Shown here piece after piece: positions 25,698 through 28,171 of a stretch of 28,171 bases of DNA. The notes beneath the pieces are model-generated. The model had not been told where the DNA came from and ran no database searches. It was given only the letters and a program-made list of their open reading frames with translations. The position numbers and the translations under genes are program-made. Each line of letters starts with the position of its first letter. Position 1 is the first letter of the stretch. The DNA is from a candidate division WOR-3 bacterium (GTDB lineage Bacteria > Hydrothermota > Hydrothermia > JBDRYB01). The stretch spans positions 1-28,171 of the forward strand of contig JBMFOM010000014.1 of NCBI GenBank assembly GCA_049969615.1, in the 5' to 3' direction.

Positions 25698-25726
25698 TTG
25701 ATCCTGCATAGGAAGTGGGTTAAAAT
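25698..25726 (+). promoter_or_regulatory. Conserved promoter cassette, copy 5 (M23 operon)
   Basis: TTGATC-CTGCATAGGAAGTGGGT-TAAAAT with 17 bp spacer; TTG 25735 follows 8 nt later. Confidence 0.75.
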
Positions 25727-25734
25727 ATAAATCC

Positions 25735-26454
25735 TTGGAAAGAGATAGGTGGGATGTTATAATCTCAAGCGCTTCCGGCTCAAGGAACCTGGTTATCACC
25801 CGCAGGAAACTTCGGTTCCTCATAGCTCTGGCCGGGAGCGTAGGGGCCCTGTTCCTCGCCGGCATTGGCCTGGGGATATGGGGCCTGATGGTTCTGGGTC
25901 AAAACGCGAGGCTGAGATCTGAAAACGCTGATCTCCAGAAAAAGGTTGTCATAGTATCCCAGATGGAGCAGGATCTGGCTGAGATGCACGAGACAAACCA
26001 GCGCTTAAAATATATACTCGGACTGGACACTCTGAGCCTGCCTGAGCCATTGTCCCCTGGCACGGTCTCCCCAGCGGCCGGATCCCGTTCCGAGAATACG
26101 GTTCCCCAGGGATTACCGGTGTCTGGACCCATAACCCAGAAGTTCAGCTCCCAACACCCCGGAATTGATATAGCTGCGCCGCGCGGCACCCCGGTCGTAG
26201 CAACCGCGATGGGTCGTGTAGAAATGGCAAGGCAAGACGACATCCTCGGCCTGATGGTTGAGATAAGCCATCCATCTGGGTTCAAGACAACATATGGCCA
26301 CTTGAGCAAGATACTGGTAAAGGAGGGCCAGTCCGTATATGGCGGAGATATCATAGGCAATGTCGGAGAAACCGGCAATGTGACAGGGCCGCACCTTCAT
26401 TATGCTATAACGAAGGATGGGGAGCCGGTTGATCCGACGAGTGATCACCAATGA
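25735..26454 (+). CDS. M23 family peptidoglycan metalloendopeptidase (TM anchor and coiled coil)
   Basis: HPGIDIAAP.GTPV, YGHLS, GETG.VTGPHLHY. Confidence 0.92.
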   Translation: MERDRWDVIISSASGSRNLVITRRKLRFLIALAGSVGALFLAGIGLGIWGLMVLGQNARLRSENADLQKKVVIVSQMEQDLAEMHETNQRLKYILGLDTLSLPEPLSPGTVSPAAGSRSENTVPQGLPVSGPITQKFSSQHPGIDIAAPRGTPVVATAMGRVEMARQDDILGLMVEISHPSGFKTTYGHLSKILVKEGQSVYGGDIIGNVGETGNVTGPHLHYAITKDGEPVDPTSDHQ

Positions 26455-27878
26455 GAGTCATAAGGGTGAGCAAGATACTCACGCCAAGCGGCATTCTGGA
26501 AGGGCATTTTATCCTTGAAAACAGGGGATTCATAGAGGGAATCCTACCAGAGGGGGAGCTTTCGTGGGCGGGGCTTATCGCGGATGAAGTCCTGGAGTAT
26601 CCACCTGATTCGGTGGCACTGCCGGGTTTCTTTGACCATCACGCCCACACATTTCAGAGGGGGCTATCGCTGGTGTATCCTAATCTCTCAACTGCTGGCG
26701 GGTTGGATGAGGCCGCAGGGATAATCCGGGCGAACCTGAATCTGCCGGATAGACCGATCATATTCACCGAATACGACGACTCAGGTTGGGAAAAACCGCC
26801 AACCAAGGCCTGGCTTGACGCGGTGGCTGGAGAAACTCCGGTTATCCTAAGAAGGGTTTGTGGACACAAAGCCGTGGCCAACACGGCCGCGTGCCGGCTC
26901 CTGCCAGATCCCGGCCAGGCGGATGAGAATGGTATCCTCCTGGAAGAAGCGGCACTGCACCTTTTTAACATATTCAGACCATCGCCGGACACAACGAGGA
27001 GGGCCGCGCTCGCAGGCCAAGATGAGTGCCTAAAGCTGGGAATAACCGGCATCAGGGAAATAGGGAGCGCCAGGACATTTCAGGCTTGGCAGGCGCTTGA
27101 TCTTGACGGACTCCTAGAGATAGAGGTTGAGTTCTACTTCCTGCACGGTTACCTGCCACAGATGGCCGAACTGGGGTTGAGGACAGGTTTCGGGGGAAAG
27201 CTCAGGATTGGAGGAATAAAGGTATTTCTGGACGGATCAATAGGCGCTAGGACAGCCAGGTTCAAAAAACCCTACGCGGACACAGGCCAGAGGGGAGTTT
27301 TTACATTCTCGGAGGACAATCTGGTCGCGGTCATCAGGAAATCTGAGGAGGCCGGTCTCAGGCTCTTGATTCACGCCATAGGCGATGAGGCAATAGGGAT
27401 GGCGCTCTCGGCCTACCGGAAGGCCGCCGGGCATGGGAATCCACTGCGCCACACCATAGAACACGCGGAGGCAATCACGGGGGACCAGCTGAAACGGGCC
27501 GCGGATCTCGGACTGGTCCTCTCTATTCAGCCAAATTTCCTTCAATGGCAGGCACAGGGAGGCCTGTATGAGAAAGCCCTGGGCAAAAGGAGGGCGAAGG
27601 CCCTGAACCCGTTCAGGGATATGATTGATTCGGGAGCAACCGTTGTCTTTGGTTCAGACTCAATGCCACCGGGGCCTCAGTACGGGATCAGCCTTGCTAT
27701 GAACCACCCGGCCCCTGAGCAATCAATTGAAGCCGCCAAGGCCATAGGTCTATACACGAAAACAGAGCTGGCCCCTGGCCAACCATTGCTGTTGGCGATT
27801 ACAAACGGAATACCCGGAACAATGGTTTATGGGACATTTTGCGGGTTTTCGGCACGCTTGCTGGATCAGAGGGCCTGA
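26451..27878 (+). CDS. Amidohydrolase 3 family protein (YtcJ-like)
   Basis: PGFFDHHAH, R.CGH...N, K.FLDGSIGARTA, HAIGD, IEHA, FGSD; ATGA overlap with the M23 gene. Confidence 0.9.
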   Translation: MRVIRVSKILTPSGILEGHFILENRGFIEGILPEGELSWAGLIADEVLEYPPDSVALPGFFDHHAHTFQRGLSLVYPNLSTAGGLDEAAGIIRANLNLPDRPIIFTEYDDSGWEKPPTKAWLDAVAGETPVILRRVCGHKAVANTAACRLLPDPGQADENGILLEEAALHLFNIFRPSPDTTRRAALAGQDECLKLGITGIREIGSARTFQAWQALDLDGLLEIEVEFYFLHGYLPQMAELGLRTGFGGKLRIGGIKVFLDGSIGARTARFKKPYADTGQRGVFTFSEDNLVAVIRKSEEAGLRLLIHAIGDEAIGMALSAYRKAAGHGNPLRHTIEHAEAITGDQLKRAADLGLVLSIQPNFLQWQAQGGLYEKALGKRRAKALNPFRDMIDSGATVVFGSDSMPPGPQYGISLAMNHPAPEQSIEAAKAIGLYTKTELAPGQPLLLAITNGIPGTMVYGTFCGFSARLLDQRA

Positions 27879-27887
27879 CATAAATAC

Positions 27888-28065
27888 TGATACCTCTGAT
27901 AAAGTAGCGATAACTTAAATAGCTTATTGGGTTGAACTAGAGCGCTTTGTCCAAGATAACAGGGTTCTAAGGAGGGGCCTTCTGAAAAATTCCACCGAGA
28001 GCATTGCATCAGGGTTCTCATCTGGCTATGATGAGGCTGACAAACCGGGATTTTTGGGGGGTTTC
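27888..28065 (-). repeat. Dispersed repeat, most complete copy A (left arm, core, degenerate right arm, extension)
   Basis: Its reverse complement tiles fragments D and E at the left end, B and F in the core, and B and C in the extension. Confidence 0.88.
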
Positions 28066-28120
28066 ATAGCATATTCACCAAAGCCTTGCTCTGCCTTGAC
28101 CGATTGCAAGGGGAACACGC

Positions 28121-28145
28121 TAAGTTGTTGTGCTCCAAGAACTTA
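28121..28145. promoter_or_regulatory. Palindromic putative protein-binding site
   Basis: TAAGTTGTTG-TGCTC-CAAGAACTTA: 10 bp arms with one mismatch and a 5 bp spacer. Confidence 0.45.
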
Positions 28146-28171
28146 CAGGCTATCCTAAATCAGGCCTTACC

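Noticed and set aside
3707-28065. CRISPR array or integron attC interpretation of the repeats
   Set aside because: Copies are kilobases apart, in both orientations, flank housekeeping genes, and lack regular spacers or clear RYYYAAC/GTTRRRY ends; no cas or intI gene is present.

Overview
Gene-dense chromosomal window from a diderm bacterium. T9SS-type C-terminal sorting domains, lipoproteins, a beta-barrel and a DivIVA-domain gene suggest an FCB-associated lineage such as WOR-3 (inference only). It holds about 25 CDS and tRNA-Ser(TGA). The CDS include a LivK-like lipoprotein, an AMMECR1/AmrA protein, serS, two GT4 glycosyltransferases, an outer-membrane barrel, bioY, an S8 protease operon, an LVIVD lipoprotein, an Ldh_2 dehydrogenase with lhgO, an M16 peptidase pair, an ABC exporter, a CaCA antiporter, rimO, a metallophosphoesterase, nusB, a DivIVA-domain protein, an M23 peptidase and an amidohydrolase. 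I found no transposase, integrase or CRISPR array. The strongest unexplained signal is non-coding. A dispersed intergenic repeat with 15-20 bp inverted arms (GAAACCCCTGAAAAATCCCG) occurs as at least 7 fragments. In one copy it runs directly into a conserved sigma70-type promoter cassette (TTGATC-CTGCGCAGGAAGTGGGT-TATAAT, with a TCCT-N4-AGGA palindrome). That cassette sits in front of five unrelated genes, several apparently leaderless. All alignments and counts were done by eye; no database searches were run.
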